Of a DNA stretch of 64,000 nt, positions 13,466 to 26,330 are shown piece by piece. This stretch comes from the human T2T-CHM13v2.0 reference genome, Homo sapiens. Every line of letters starts with the position of its first letter. Positions within the stretch are counted from its first letter, which is position 1. Made by a program: the position numbers and the translations under genes. Under the pieces are notes generated by a model that was not told the origin of the DNA, made no database searches, and worked only from the letters and a program-made list of their open reading frames with translations. Location: the NCBI RefSeq assembly GCF_009914755.1, contig NC_060931.1; one strand, 5' to 3'.

Positions 13466-15039
13466 AACTAATTAATACCTATAGCTCTCTGTGGTATTAG
13501 ATGGAGATGATTAAAAGGAGGGGGCTAGAATGAGTGGTGACTAAAAGGACCAGTGCATTGTGAATTTCTGAAGTCTGAATCAAGAAAGGAGGAGCAGAAA
13601 CACCAAGACCAGATGTCCCTTTTCATTCATCTGTCCAGAAATTTAGCTTTTGTTTGGCTGCAATTTGCACATTTGGGCATACCAGTCAAGCTGAGCTCCA
13701 GATACTCATTTGTCTTTTAGGGTAACATGGTTAGGGAAATAGTTGTAGAGATAGGAGCTCTCAGTGAAAACTCAATAAATCTGCTTCTGTCAATTAGGGA
13801 GACTAAGTAGCTTTAACTTCCATAAAAATCTCAAAAATAATTGCCCTTTAATGTTCTTTTTTTTAAGTTTTGGAGAACTTTAGAGGATTATGTTTTGAAT
13901 TTAGATTAGGGAAACAAGGACCTGAGGAATGATATACAAGTTTATTAAACATGATGGGGTGGAGGGGATGCTTGATGATACCCATTATCCCCTTTTCTTC
14001 ATGCGCCTTAGAGAGCCTCCCCCACTGACAGGATGGGCGTTTGCTGCATATCATATGATTCCTTCCCCAGTGAAATGCTCGTCGAGTGCTTGCTGTGTAC
14101 CCAGCTTATTGGTTTGGTGGGCTGCCTACCCAGGCCAATCAAATTTATTGTGGAATGTTTCTTTTTGGAGTGAAGGAAGACAGAGGGAAGGAGAGGGGAG
14201 TAGGGGGAAGTGCATTTATGTAGAGGAAGCAGCATGTCCTACGACGGAGTCCTGATAGTGTGGCATGTTCTGGAAATGGTACAGTATGTTCATTATGGTT
14301 GGAACACACATTCTAGGAGAGGAAGAGGGACTAAATTGCACTGGCCCTGGGGAAATTGAGCTAAATGGATAAAAGTAGGCATTGAGAGCTGTTGGTGATT
14401 TATAGCCCATCAGCACCATGATCACACTCTTCCCGCTTCTCCTGCTCACCACCTTTGCAACCAACTTTCCTCTCACTGTGCTGATTGTCTCTGGTACAGA
14501 TTTATGATTTCCAGCCTCAGCTCAGTGCTCAGGATGACTTTTCTTTCCCTTTTTTATTCTTTCAGACTTATTTCTAATCAGCTGCTTTCTTCATTATTAG
14601 TAGTGACTGTTCCAAACTGGAACCGCTGTTCTCAGGCAGTCAGCCCTACTTATCCCCTCATTTTAAAGTAATAATTTACCTCCCTTCTCATATTTCTAAG
14701 GAAATAGATAATATCTGGCACATACTCCCTCGGCTTGCCTCCCCTCCGTATTCAAACTTACCTTCATCACATTCATCCTTACCGTCTTTCTTTCTCCCCC
14801 AGAGGCAAGTGCATCTATGAAGCCATCCCCTCCTCCAGGGCTCTGGAGCCTGCCTAGCCTGCCTAATGCTCTGGGACCTTGCTCTGTTTATCATTGACTC
14901 TCATTCCTTTCTTACCACAGTCCCTTTCCTTCCATCTTATAAACATTTCCCAATCCCCGTTGGCATAAAAACACCACTGTTCTCAAGATACTGCTTGCTT
15001 CCCCTTGTTTAAGCAAGAGAGGTAGGTGGTCTGAGTATG

Positions 15040-15640
15040 TAGGAACATTGGCTGTGATGTTGAGGGGTGAGTCAGGGAAGGCAGAAATTAGAGAGAAAAG
15101 ACCAGTTAGGAGGGTGTCGAATTAAGGTGATGGTGATGGAGAGGAGACAAGTTTGAAAGGCATCTAGGAGGTAGGATTAATTACAATTTGACATTCAGTG
15201 ATTATGAGAGTTGAAAGAATGATGATTCTTGTGAATTGAGAAAGTACAGAATGAGGAGGTGCACATGTACCCTAAAACTTAAAGTATAATAAAAAAAATG
15301 AGGAGCAGGTTTTATGGAGACGATCATGAGTTCACGATCGTCTGGAAGTGTTGAGGTGAACTGCTCTTGGACATCTAGTTGGAGAAATCAGGTAAGCAGT
15401 TGAAAGTATGGGGCATATGATGTATAACTTAAGAAAAATATTCGTTATTTAGAAATGGCTTTGGTAATTAAAGATGTCTTGGTGTATCTTGAGTTAGTCT
15501 TGGATAAGATCCCCTAGAGATGGAGTGAGAAGAGAGCAACCCTAGAGAGTAACACAGGAGGTGGAGGAAGAGGACCCTGTAAAGGAGCCTGAGAACAAAT
15601 GGCAGAAAGAAAGAGGGCAAATATGAGGTAAATTTTTGTT
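15040..15640 (-). mobile_element. L2 fragment (host of a tiny L1 insertion)
   Basis: gaccagttaggaggg...gaggagcaggttt...gagttca...ggacatctagttggaga. Confidence 0.6.
15259..15296 (+). mobile_element. 38-bp extreme 3' end of a young L1PA
   Basis: gtgcacatgtaccctaaaacttaaagtataat plus A tail, with TSD aatgaggag (15250-15258, 15297-15305). Confidence 0.9.
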
Positions 15641-16304
15641 AGATGGAGGTTTTTGTTAGTTTTTTTTTTTTTCTTGGAACGCTTTGAGGACAAGGATAAT
15701 TGTATTGACACCTTCTAGCAAAACCAGCCTAAGTTGTATATACCCAATAACTATGTATTACATTGCATTATTGACAGGGCTTAATTAAAATAAAGTCTCA
15801 TCACTTGTTGAGAACTTCCTTTGCCTGAAATCACATATAGCTAGGGTTTTTGGAAGGAATGAGGTTGTAAATGAGACAGTTTGGAAAGGTAAAATATCAA
15901 TATATTGGAGCTATATGGCAAAGCTGATGGTTAGGGGGTGCCATCGCTGCGGCAGCCACAGGATGTTATTTTCAGTATAAACCTCTTTGCTGATTGAGGT
16001 GATTTTGATTGCTGTCAGGTGTGAGAGAATAATCATTGGCTGCTAGCAGTTTTGCCACTGAAGTTGGGGGTTCACAGATCTGAACATTTTCTTGTACTTT
16101 AAATCTCCATAATGTTTTATCACATTTGAATTCCATTGCAACCCTCCAGTGATGAGTCAGAATTAAAAGCTGTTCTAAACTAGATTATATTCTTATGTTT
16201 CTACAAACAATCTTCTTAAGGGCAGGGATAGAAATTAGAGCAATCAAATAATTCATCCAAAGCCACTGAGGGCATGGTTTGGCCTCACATTAGCTATGGC
16301 CCAC

Positions 16305-16605
16305 TTAGGGTCTCCATGGGTGGGGGTGAGAGTGGAGGGGCTGGTGCCTCAGGAGCTGTGCAAGGTTACCCATAGGAGGTGTGCAAAGTCTTAAAACTTC
16401 TATTTATAAGCAATTTTATCCTATTCTTAACAACTATTTTTGTATATGTTTAAAAATGTGCATTAGATATTAGTATAGTGCTCCATGCTTGTAGGTATAT
16501 ATATCTATATATATATGATTTACATAAATATGGCAGAAGCATGCTCTAACATTTTGAAATTGACAAGTGTGTGTTTGATTAAAAAAAAATACTTTGGAGA
16601 CCTCA
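16305..16605. mobile_element. Probable hAT-Charlie MITE (MER113-like)
   Basis: Terminal inverted match ggtctcca / tggagacc about 290 bp apart around an AT-rich core. Confidence 0.45.
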
Positions 16606-18899
16606 AGATTAAATTGTGATTACTGTTTGAGCATTGTAAATTAACTGGGAATATTTAGAAGTTTCTTAACAAACTTGTGTCAATCATTTTAGCTATTATT
16701 AGATTTCCAGTAATAGCTAAACCTTTGTGTTTTAGTTGCAAAATGCAGATGTGTTTCTTGACCTTAATTCCTTACTATGGATTTTAATGGAGAGCCTTAA
16801 AACACAAGTTGAAAACCGTTTGTTGTACTTTTTGTGAATATGCTGAAGTTTTCTCATGAACTAACTAATGCCTCTCCACATACGGTATGTTCTTTGCAGT
16901 CATTCTTTAGTCACAGGCAGTTTAAGCTGTTAAATAGTATCTTGCTTTGAAAGGTAGGCGGATGGCATTTCTATCTTCTGGTACATCTGGTAAGTTAATA
17001 TATACAGTCTCTGAGTATCCTGCAGGGACCTGTTTTTACATGCATACAGGGATGTTTATGTAGAAATCAAAGGCCATGAATCAGAAGAACACAACTCTTG
17101 TTTCCAGTGTACTGGAGGCTTGAAAAAATTGGCTTTGAAAAATTGAAAGTAGTGTGGTTTGTTTTTATTGTGGAACCGATCAGGAAGAACAATTTACAGT
17201 CATTGCCATTCTTCACAGATGAATGGAGTAGAGGTGCCTGCCTCGTGAAATGGAGCAGCTGCGCCCGTTTTCTCTGGGCTCACAAAAACATTTGCTTTTT
17301 AATCGAGAACTTTAGATGGTAGGGTACAGTTTGTTTTCATGATGGAAGTGGTCAGTTGTGCCTTACCAGACAGCTGTAGTGTAATTAAGAAAAACTGTGT
17401 GAAAGTGGATTAGATATAACACAAGAAGCCTTTTTTATTTTTTTTTAAAGAGGGGTTTCCCCTTAAATTTATTCATTTTTTTCTTTAATGGTTCAAAGGA
17501 GAAATACTGCTATCATTCTGGTCCACAAGATTTTTGCTACTTCAGGATATCATTTAGCTCTAGGAAACATGAGATGCTCTGCTATAGAATAATTGCTTGT
17601 TTTTGTAACAAGTGCAAACTAAAAACTACAGGTTTTAAAGATGATTTAGTTTGTGAGAGATTTGCCTTCAAAACAAAGCTTAAAATAAAGAATTGCACAG
17701 TTATATTTACATTAACTTTAATGCATTTTAAAAAGTGACCTACTTTTATAATAAAGTTGTGAGGCTGCTTTTTAGACCTGCTTTGTACACAAGTTGCAAC
17801 ATTAGGGGATCTTTAAAAACTGTTAGGGTATTAGCTTTTTAAGACCAGAAACCATGAGAGGAGAAAATTATACTTTTCTTGATAAATTTTAAAATGAGTT
17901 AGTCAAATAATAATGAAATAAGCTGTTGAAGTGTTGATGTAGCTAAATGTGCAACATTAGGCTGTCAATTTACTTTGAAGAGCATACACTTACTTTATGC
18001 AGCAGACTTTGAAATAAGAATAGAAATGCCTTAATTTGCATCACAGTCTACAGTAGCAAAATGACTTTCAAGGTCAGAGGGAGCTTAATTTCTAAAAAAA
18101 AACACAATAACAAAACCAAACAGGAACCTATTGTGTTCACAAATAACCAAGATTTATTTGTACTAGACACTTAACCTTTATAACTTTTTATACAGATTGC
18201 CCAACACACTAGAAACCAAACTTTTCATCCTAAGCAAAGTAAAGGTGCCAGTTTCAGGTTTGCTTTAAAACATTTTTATATGTTGATTTTCTGGAGGAGA
18301 CTCTTAGGCTTTATTTCAGTTAGGGGAATTTGGAAGGCTGGTTGAAGGGAGGAGGTGAGTGAGGAGTTACAGCCCAAATGCTCTTACCATTTCCAGCCTT
18401 GCAGCCCTGCCCTGGGAGGTATTATAAGGAGGACGAGTCTATATTAGATTGGTTGGTTTAGAGAAGAACCCTGGCTGCTGTTTCTCTCTGGCTCACTGAT
18501 GGCGGCTCTCTACTGATTTCTTTTGTCTCTCCTCACCACAGACCCTAAGAAAACACTGAGAATCAGGCCATCCATTCTAAATGGCAAACCATGGCTGCAG
18601 CTTGATAGCTGGTGCTTTTTCTGTTTGCAAACTGAGTCCTCAGGTGCACCAAAATCTTCTTCCCCTTTCTCTGAGCAGCTTCTCAGGCTTAGATGCTACT
18701 CTGACTTCTCGACAGACTTCTGCTTCTGTAGAACATGAGCAATGTTGTTTAGGAAAGAATGGAGCAGAGTGTGGGGTGGATTAGAAAGGTAGAGTAACAA
18801 TTAAGAAACTGAGGCAGTTTTTAAGGTCAGAACAATAATGAAGAGCATTGAAGGTAGATAGCAGCAGGATGCAGCAATAGAATTATGGGACATGCTAAT

Positions 18900-19080
18900 T
18901 ACTAGAATCAGAATCAAAAAATCTGGATTAAAGTTCCAGCTAGCCTAGCGTTGTGGGAAAGCCATTCCCTCACTTTCTGTTTCTTCATGTATAGAGTGGA
19001 ACCTGTTCTACATACCAAACAAGTTGTAAGTCTCAAAAAAGAAAGAGAGAGAGCTTGAGAATGTGAAAGTGTTGTGAGGT
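18900..19080 (+). mobile_element. MIR
   Basis: agaatcaaaaaatctggatt...ctgtttcttcatgtatagagtgg...gtgaaagtgttgtg. Confidence 0.5.
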
Positions 19081-19329
19081 AGTATAGTTATGGAACTGTT
19101 TGACCCATTTATGTCCTTTTTTTGGGAACTCTTGACAACCAAGGAAAGAGAATACAAGAAATATTAAATTTTACTAACATAGATTCTTTGTGAGTGCTCT
19201 TAAAGCTGTTTGATAATCCCACTACTTATCTCTGTTTGATTCCCAACCCACTGCTTTCTCATAACACCAATTTCAACTCTTGTCATCCTTCTCAAGCCCC
19301 AGGCCCAGTTCCTTCTATTTTAGTCTCAG

Positions 19330-19705
19330 TAGATAAGTTCTTCCCCAATTTTGCCAGGAAGGTTGAGCAAAGCCCTTGAGTTTCCCTGGCCACCATCTCA
19401 AAATGTATTTCTTCACTTAATTTCCATCTCACTTTCTGTCTCTTCCTCGCAAAGGTAACCTGTATCCTTATCACATTCTCATCCCATTTCTTCTCTAACC
19501 TTTCTTCATCAATTATTTCATGTCTTTCTCTTGTTCTTTTAATCTCCTCTACCGGTCCTTCCTCATAGCCAAGAAACCCTCTTTAAGTTCACTGTCATAT
19601 GTGTTTCTTCCATTTTCACTGCCAAAATTTTCCAAAGACTGATTTGAGCTCATTCTTTCTTCACCATTCATGCTTTCTTTTGGTCCATTTCAGTATGGCT
19701 TCTGT
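19330..19705 (+). mobile_element. L2 fragment
   Basis: Pyrimidine-rich L2 body motifs (catcaattatt..., ttcactgccaaaattt..., tggcttctg). Confidence 0.5.
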
Positions 19706-19788
19706 CTGTTCAAATAAGCACATGAAAAGATGCTCAGCATCGGTAGTTATTAGGGAAATGTAAATTAATACTGCAATGAGATACTACT

Positions 19789-20142
19789 TGATATGGTTTG
19801 GCTGTGTCTCTACCCAAATCTCATCTTGAACTGTAATCCCCATAATCATATGTGTCCTGGGAGGGACCCAGTGGGAGGTAATTGAATCATGGGGGCAGTT
19901 TCCACCATGCTGTTCTCATGATAGTGAGTGAGTTCTCATGAGATTTGATGGTTTTATAAGTGTCTGGCATTTTCCCTGCTGTCTCTCATTCTCTTTCCTG
20001 CCACCCTTTGAAGAGGTGCCTTCCGCCATGATTGTAAGTTTCAAGCCCTCCCCAGCCATGCAGAACTGTGAGTCAATTAAACCTCTATAAATTACCCAGT
20101 CTCAGGTATTTCTTCATAGCAGCATGAGAATGGACTAATACA
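19789..20142 (+). mobile_element. THE1 (THE1C-like) MaLR solo LTR
   Basis: TGATATGGTTTGGCTGTGTC...GGACTAATACA with a perfect 5-bp TSD ctact (19784-19788, 20143-20147). Confidence 0.95.
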
Positions 20143-20713
20143 CTACTACACCCACTAGAAAGGCTAAAATTACAAAGACTGACCATACCAAATGTTGATG
20201 AGGATATGGAGAAATTGGAATTGCACATATTGCTGGTGGGAATATAAAATGTTACAGTCATTTTGGAAGTTTGGCTGTTTGTAAAGGAGGTAAACATATA
20301 CCTACTATATGATGCAGCTATTCTACTTCTAGGTATTTACTCAGGAGAAATGAAAAAATATACTATGTGATTCCATTTAAATAAAAATCTAGAAAATGTG
20401 AACCTATAGTAATGGATAGCAAAGTGGTTGCCTGGGAATGAGTGTATAATGTTGGAAAAATGGATTACAAAGTAATACAAGGAAACTTTTCAGGGGTGAT
20501 GGATCGTTATGTAGGTTGTGATGATGCCTTCACAAATATATATAAACTCATCAAATTTGATACTTGAAAATGTGTAATTTGTTATACACTATACCAAAAC
20601 AAAACTATTTTAAAAAATCATAGAACTGCACACTGAAAAGGGTGAGTTTTATAGTATGTAAATTATCCCTCAATAAACCTGACTTAAAAAACAAAACAAA
20701 ACAAGACATATGG

Positions 20714-20845
20714 AACCAGGCACAGTGGCATGCACTTGTAGTTCCAGCTACTTGAGAGGCTAAGGCAGAATGATCAGTTGAGCCCAGGAATTCGAAAGCA
20801 GCTTGGGCAACATGGCAAGACCCCATCTCTAGAAAAGAAATAAAA
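20714..20845 (+). mobile_element. FLAM monomer
   Basis: ccaggcacagtggcatgcacttgtagttccagctac...ggcaagaccccatctct. Confidence 0.85.
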
Positions 20846-21329
20846 ATATGAAAATGCAATCAATATGGGGAATGAGAGTGCAAAAAGTAATTGTTAAACG
20901 CTAATCTCAAAATATTGCATACTTTGTAAATCCATTTATATAGTATTCTCAAGTGACAGGGTTATACAGATAGAGAGCAGATTAGTGGTAGCCAGGTTTA
21001 GGGATAGTAAACCATGGGGAAAACTAGGTGACGGGCACACAGGAATTTTCAGTGTTGTTTTTGCAATTATATGACTAAAGAATCTGTATCACAAAAAGTT
21101 TCTTTTGAAAAGGCCTTTTAGATATTGTATTCTCTAATGTGAAACAAAGACAGCATGCCAAAAAATAATCAATCTTTATAATTAAATCTATAATAACGGT
21201 TACTCTGCAAACACTTGAAACTAAATTTCATAGAGATGATTACAATTTAACATTGTATTGTTGTAGACAGAAGGCACAGGAAGAATCATTTTCCAATTTC
21301 TGATCACCCTATCTAAATGTTCAAAATCT

Positions 21330-21759
21330 TAAATTCGTTTTGACTAGATAATACATATAAATGGCTAAAAAATATATGAAAAGTAATACACTGAAAAGCC
21401 TTCCTCCAACATCTGTCATCGATCCACACAGTTCTTCCTCCTCCAAAAGTAAACTACTACTGTTCATCTTTTATGTATTCTTTCAGAGTTTATGTCTACA
21501 CGAGCAAATGCAGGTGTATCTTTTTACCCTCCTCCATGCTTGTATGCAAAAGGTAGCTTACTATACCAACTCGTTTTGCGCCATACTTTTTTCACATAAC
21601 AATGTATCTTAAGACATTTTCAAGGTGGTATGCAGCTTTTTAATTTTTTCTTTTGACAGTTAGTATTGTATTATATGACTGTACCATACTTTATTTACTG
21701 ATCTCCTGTCTAGCCATTTAGATCATTTCCAGACTTCCGCTTGTAAAAACAATACTACA
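21330..21759 (-). mobile_element. L1ME-type fragment
   Basis: tagtattgtattatatgactgtaccatactttattta...gccatttagatcatttccag. Confidence 0.55.
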
Positions 21760-22090
<331 letters not shown>

Positions 22091-22106
22091 TCATTTCATA
22101 CATGAG

Positions 22107-22109
<3 letters not shown>

Positions 22110-22141
<32 letters not shown>
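22110..22141. repeat. (AT)n microsatellite
   Basis: Direct read. Confidence 0.95.
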
Positions 22142-22144
<3 letters not shown>

Positions 22145-22762
22145 ATTGCCAGTATTTGGCTTTTTAACCTAGAAAAAAATTTATGTTGTTCAGTCTAATA
22201 TCTGTAGAGTAAATGTTCACATATGTAATTCTTTGAGACAAAATATTTAGCATCCTTTTGATTTTCTGATCTACTTCCAGATACTCGTGATAGTCTGGAT
22301 GTTTAAAATTTGTAAAAGGGAGTGGGGAACCTTTATTTAAAAGCTCCTTTTCAATATAGTTAAGGGGGAAATACCCATGTACACAGGGCTATTTCTGGAA
22401 ATCCTTTACCAGTAACTTCATTCAGTAACATATCTAACTCTAACCCTGATCTAGCTGTGTTAGGCTTCCTTGCCTGCTAGTGAAAGCCTTTGCTCTCCCC
22501 TTATTAAAAGGCCTGAACATAAAACTCTGAGACTGTTTATCCTTCCCAAGTGGGGCATTGCAGAAAAATATCTTCTTATTCGCTATCAGTGTTACTCTCT
22601 ATTGATCATCACAATTATTGCAACTTTAATATTATGACATTGTATGTCTTATGCAATATTAGGTTCTCTGAAAAAGGCTTTTTGTACATATGACAAATAG
22701 GTGGAGTATGCTCTTCTACACAGTGAGCCAACCAGCCGTCATCTTGGCTTCTCCAAAACTGG

Positions 22763-22765
<3 letters not shown>

Positions 22766-22848
<83 letters not shown>

Positions 22849-22851
22849 GAG
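22766..22851. repeat. Compound microsatellite (TG)26(AG)n
   Basis: Direct read; TG run 22766-22817. Confidence 0.97.
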
Positions 22852-22957
22852 CGTAAATATGGCAAAGTTTAACAACTGATGAATATAGGTAAAGGTGAAC
22901 AGTCTAGAGTGTTCATGGTACTGTTCTTTCAAATTTTCTGTAGATTTAAAGTTTTTC

Positions 22958-23258
22958 TTTTTTTTCTTTCTTTCTTTTCTTTTTTTTTTAAAGGCAGGTC
23001 TTGTCACCCATGCTGGAGTGCAGGGGTGCGATCACAGCTCAATGCAGTTTCAACCTTCTGTGATCATCCAATCTTAGCCTCCTGAGCAGCTAGGGCTACA
23101 GGCGTGTGCCACCACAATTGGCTGATTTTTTATATTTTTGTAGAGATGAGGTCTCGCTCTGTTGCCCAAAGTAGTTTCAAATTCATGGCCTCAAGTGATC
23201 CTCCTACCTTGGCCTCCCAAAGTGCTGGGATTTTAGGTGTGAGCCACCACACTCAGCC
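22958..23258 (-). mobile_element. AluJ inserted in an L1ME 3' end
   Basis: Diverged dimeric Alu; imperfect TSD aaagtttttc/aatgtttttc. Confidence 0.9.
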
Positions 23259-23424
23259 TAATGTTTTTCAAAAGAAAAAGTTGAGAGCATATTCTTTGTT
23301 GAGATTATTTATTGTGAATTAGGGGCTGCTGCTTCGTTACCTATTGTGTTCTTTTTTGTTTTGTTTTGGTGTTTCTAGGTTTGAAGACATCTTAGAAATT
23401 CCACTTCTAAATAAAAATAAGAAT

Positions 23425-23620
23425 AAATGCTAATAGCAATTTATACTTATTAAGGGTTTCCTCTGTGCCACACGTTAGGCTAAGCATTTTATATGGATGA
23501 TCTCATGTAAACCTCTTATCAGTCTATTATTATCTTCATCATTTTTCAGATAGGGAAACTCAGGCACAGTGAGGTTAAATAATTTGCCTAAGGTCACACA
23601 GCTATCATATGGTAGAAATG
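23425..23620 (-). mobile_element. MIR
   Basis: tttcagatagggaaactcaggcacagtgaggttaaataatttgcctaaggtcacacagct. Confidence 0.85.
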
Positions 23621-23825
23621 CTACTTGCCACCATTTCTATCTCTATATTTCTGTACTTCACCTAGGTTTCATTTGCCCTGGTCTTTATTTTCCTCTGAAG
23701 TATTTTGAAGTGAGAGATAGGTTATCCTCTGGCTCAAATTTTTAAAGAATTAACCTAATCCAGATAATAGGATGATGTGAAGGCCTCATGAAAACATAAA
23801 AATTGATATAAACAGGAAGAAAAAT

Positions 23826-24486
<661 letters not shown>

Positions 24487-25019
24487 CAAGTTTCTTAATA
24501 TATTAATTTGCCAAGCTCTACAAACAAGAACTGCTTTGTGTACATACAGTAGTCAAAACTTGCTGGTCCCTTTTCTGAGTTTGCTTATTTGTTTATACAC
24601 TGACTGGCCTGCCAAGGGGCATTATTGTTCTTTTTCTGTATATTTCCTGTACATTTCCCTCTCTGTTGACTCTTTGCTTTCAGAACTTAAACAGGTTCCA
24701 GTGTTCCTGTCTTAACAACCATTGCCATTTACTACACACATCCTCTAACCACCCCCATCTCTCTTCTTCAAACTAAGCTCTCCTCATAAACAATTCCTAT
24801 GAGAGACCATAGGGGTATTTCCCCATTTCCTGCTGGCTCCTCTGTCCCTCCCAACTACCCCCACAGACTGTGCTCCCAGTGACCTCCTTTCCTTCTAGCA
24901 ATTTTCCTATGCTATTCTTTTATTTACAAAACTGGAACTGTATTTTATGCACAGATATTTTATAGCTTGATTTTTTTCCTACTTTAATATTAGGGACTTT
25001 CTTTTTCCAAGTCATTAAT

Positions 25020-26330
25020 TTTTAAAAACTTTCTATTGATGAATAGCATACATGCAGAAACATGCACAAACGATAAGTTTGATAACCTTTCACAAAATGT
25101 CGTTAGCGTCCAAATCAAGGAAAAGAAATTGCAGAATCCTAGAATCTCCTCCCAACCCACTCCTTTCAGTCACTTCATCCAACTTCCAAAGCAATCCTGA
25201 CTTCTAACAGCACAGATTGTTTTACATATATGAAATGTATGTAAATAGAATCATATAGTGTGTACCTTTTCTGTGTCTCACTTCTTTCACTAAAGATTAT
25301 GATGTTTGTGAGATTCATCCATATTGTTCCATGCACTTGTAGTTTGTTATTCTCACTGTTATATGATATTATATTGTGTGTTTATGCATTAATATGTTTT
25401 AAAACATAATGTTAATTCCTATGTAATATTCCATTGTAGGGATAATTAATTAACTTATTAATTACCCATCATTTTTGCCAGGTTTTCACTATTAGAAATA
25501 ACACTATAATAAACATCTTTCTGTAAATACTTGAAGAAATTTCTGATCATTCCTTAGAATAAATCCTGGAAGTGGATTTACCAGCTAAAAGCTTATACAT
25601 TCTTCAAAAGTTCTTGATACATATTGCCAAATTGCCTTCTAGAAAGCTTATACCTGTTTACTTTCCTGCTGGCACAGTACCTGACACATAAACATTCAAT
25701 AACATTTTGTTTACATGAACTGGATGAACTAAATTCTTTTATATCTTAGAATCCTAGAAGCTGAGTTTTCTGTGTCTTTGATCTGCCTTCTTTCCAGTTC
25801 ATTTTTGTTTTAATGAATTTATACTAAAAACAATTTAATAGTACATAGGGCGCAGCTTCCCCTCCCGACCTTATTCTTTTTCAAAAATAATCTGGTTATT
25901 CTTGCTCCTCTTTCTTTTTTTTTTAGTGGAAATTTAAAATATACTGCTGCATTCTGGAAAAATCACTGGAGATCTTATGAAATTGCATTGCTGGCATTTT
26001 CTTTACATTAATGTGGAAAAAAATGTCATATTTATATGTTTATAATCCTATCCAGAAATGATTCTCCATTTATTTAATTATTTTTTATGAAATGCATTTC
26101 AGTAAAGTTTTATAGGTTTATTGTTGCAGTAAAGTTTGATAGCTTTATTCTTAAAATTTAAAAATTTTATTTGTGAATATTTTATATTTTGTGACTACTG
26201 GGAATGAGATATTTTGTTTCCATTATAATTTCGTTATGTGAAAGCTATTGTATCTTCTATATTAATTTTGTATTCATCCTTTTTAGCAAGCTCTTATTAA
26301 TGTTAACAGTTTTTCCCTTATAATACTTTT
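25020..26330 (-). mobile_element. Cluster of ancient L1M fragments plus a short L2 end at about 25670-25720
   Basis: tgtaaatagaatcatatagtg...gagattcatccatattgt...catattgccaaattgccttctagaaag...gaaattgcattg. Confidence 0.6.

Larger units (their letters stand above)
19710..21110 (+). mobile_element. Old L1M (ORF2 end / 3' UTR) interrupted by THE1 and FLAM
   Basis: caaataagcacatgaaaagatgctcagc...gagatactac resumes as acacccactagaaaggctaaaatt after the THE1. Confidence 0.8.

Noticed and set aside
17219-17319. Possible in-frame exon after cttcacAG
   Set aside because: Open in phase 1, but the only donor (ATG|gtaggg) is weak and ends in phase 2, which is incompatible with the 46207 exon.
22615-23007. 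130-aa ORF with an HTHTHT/LSLSLS tract
   Set aside because: Translation of the (TG)n(AG)n microsatellite and an Alu tail.
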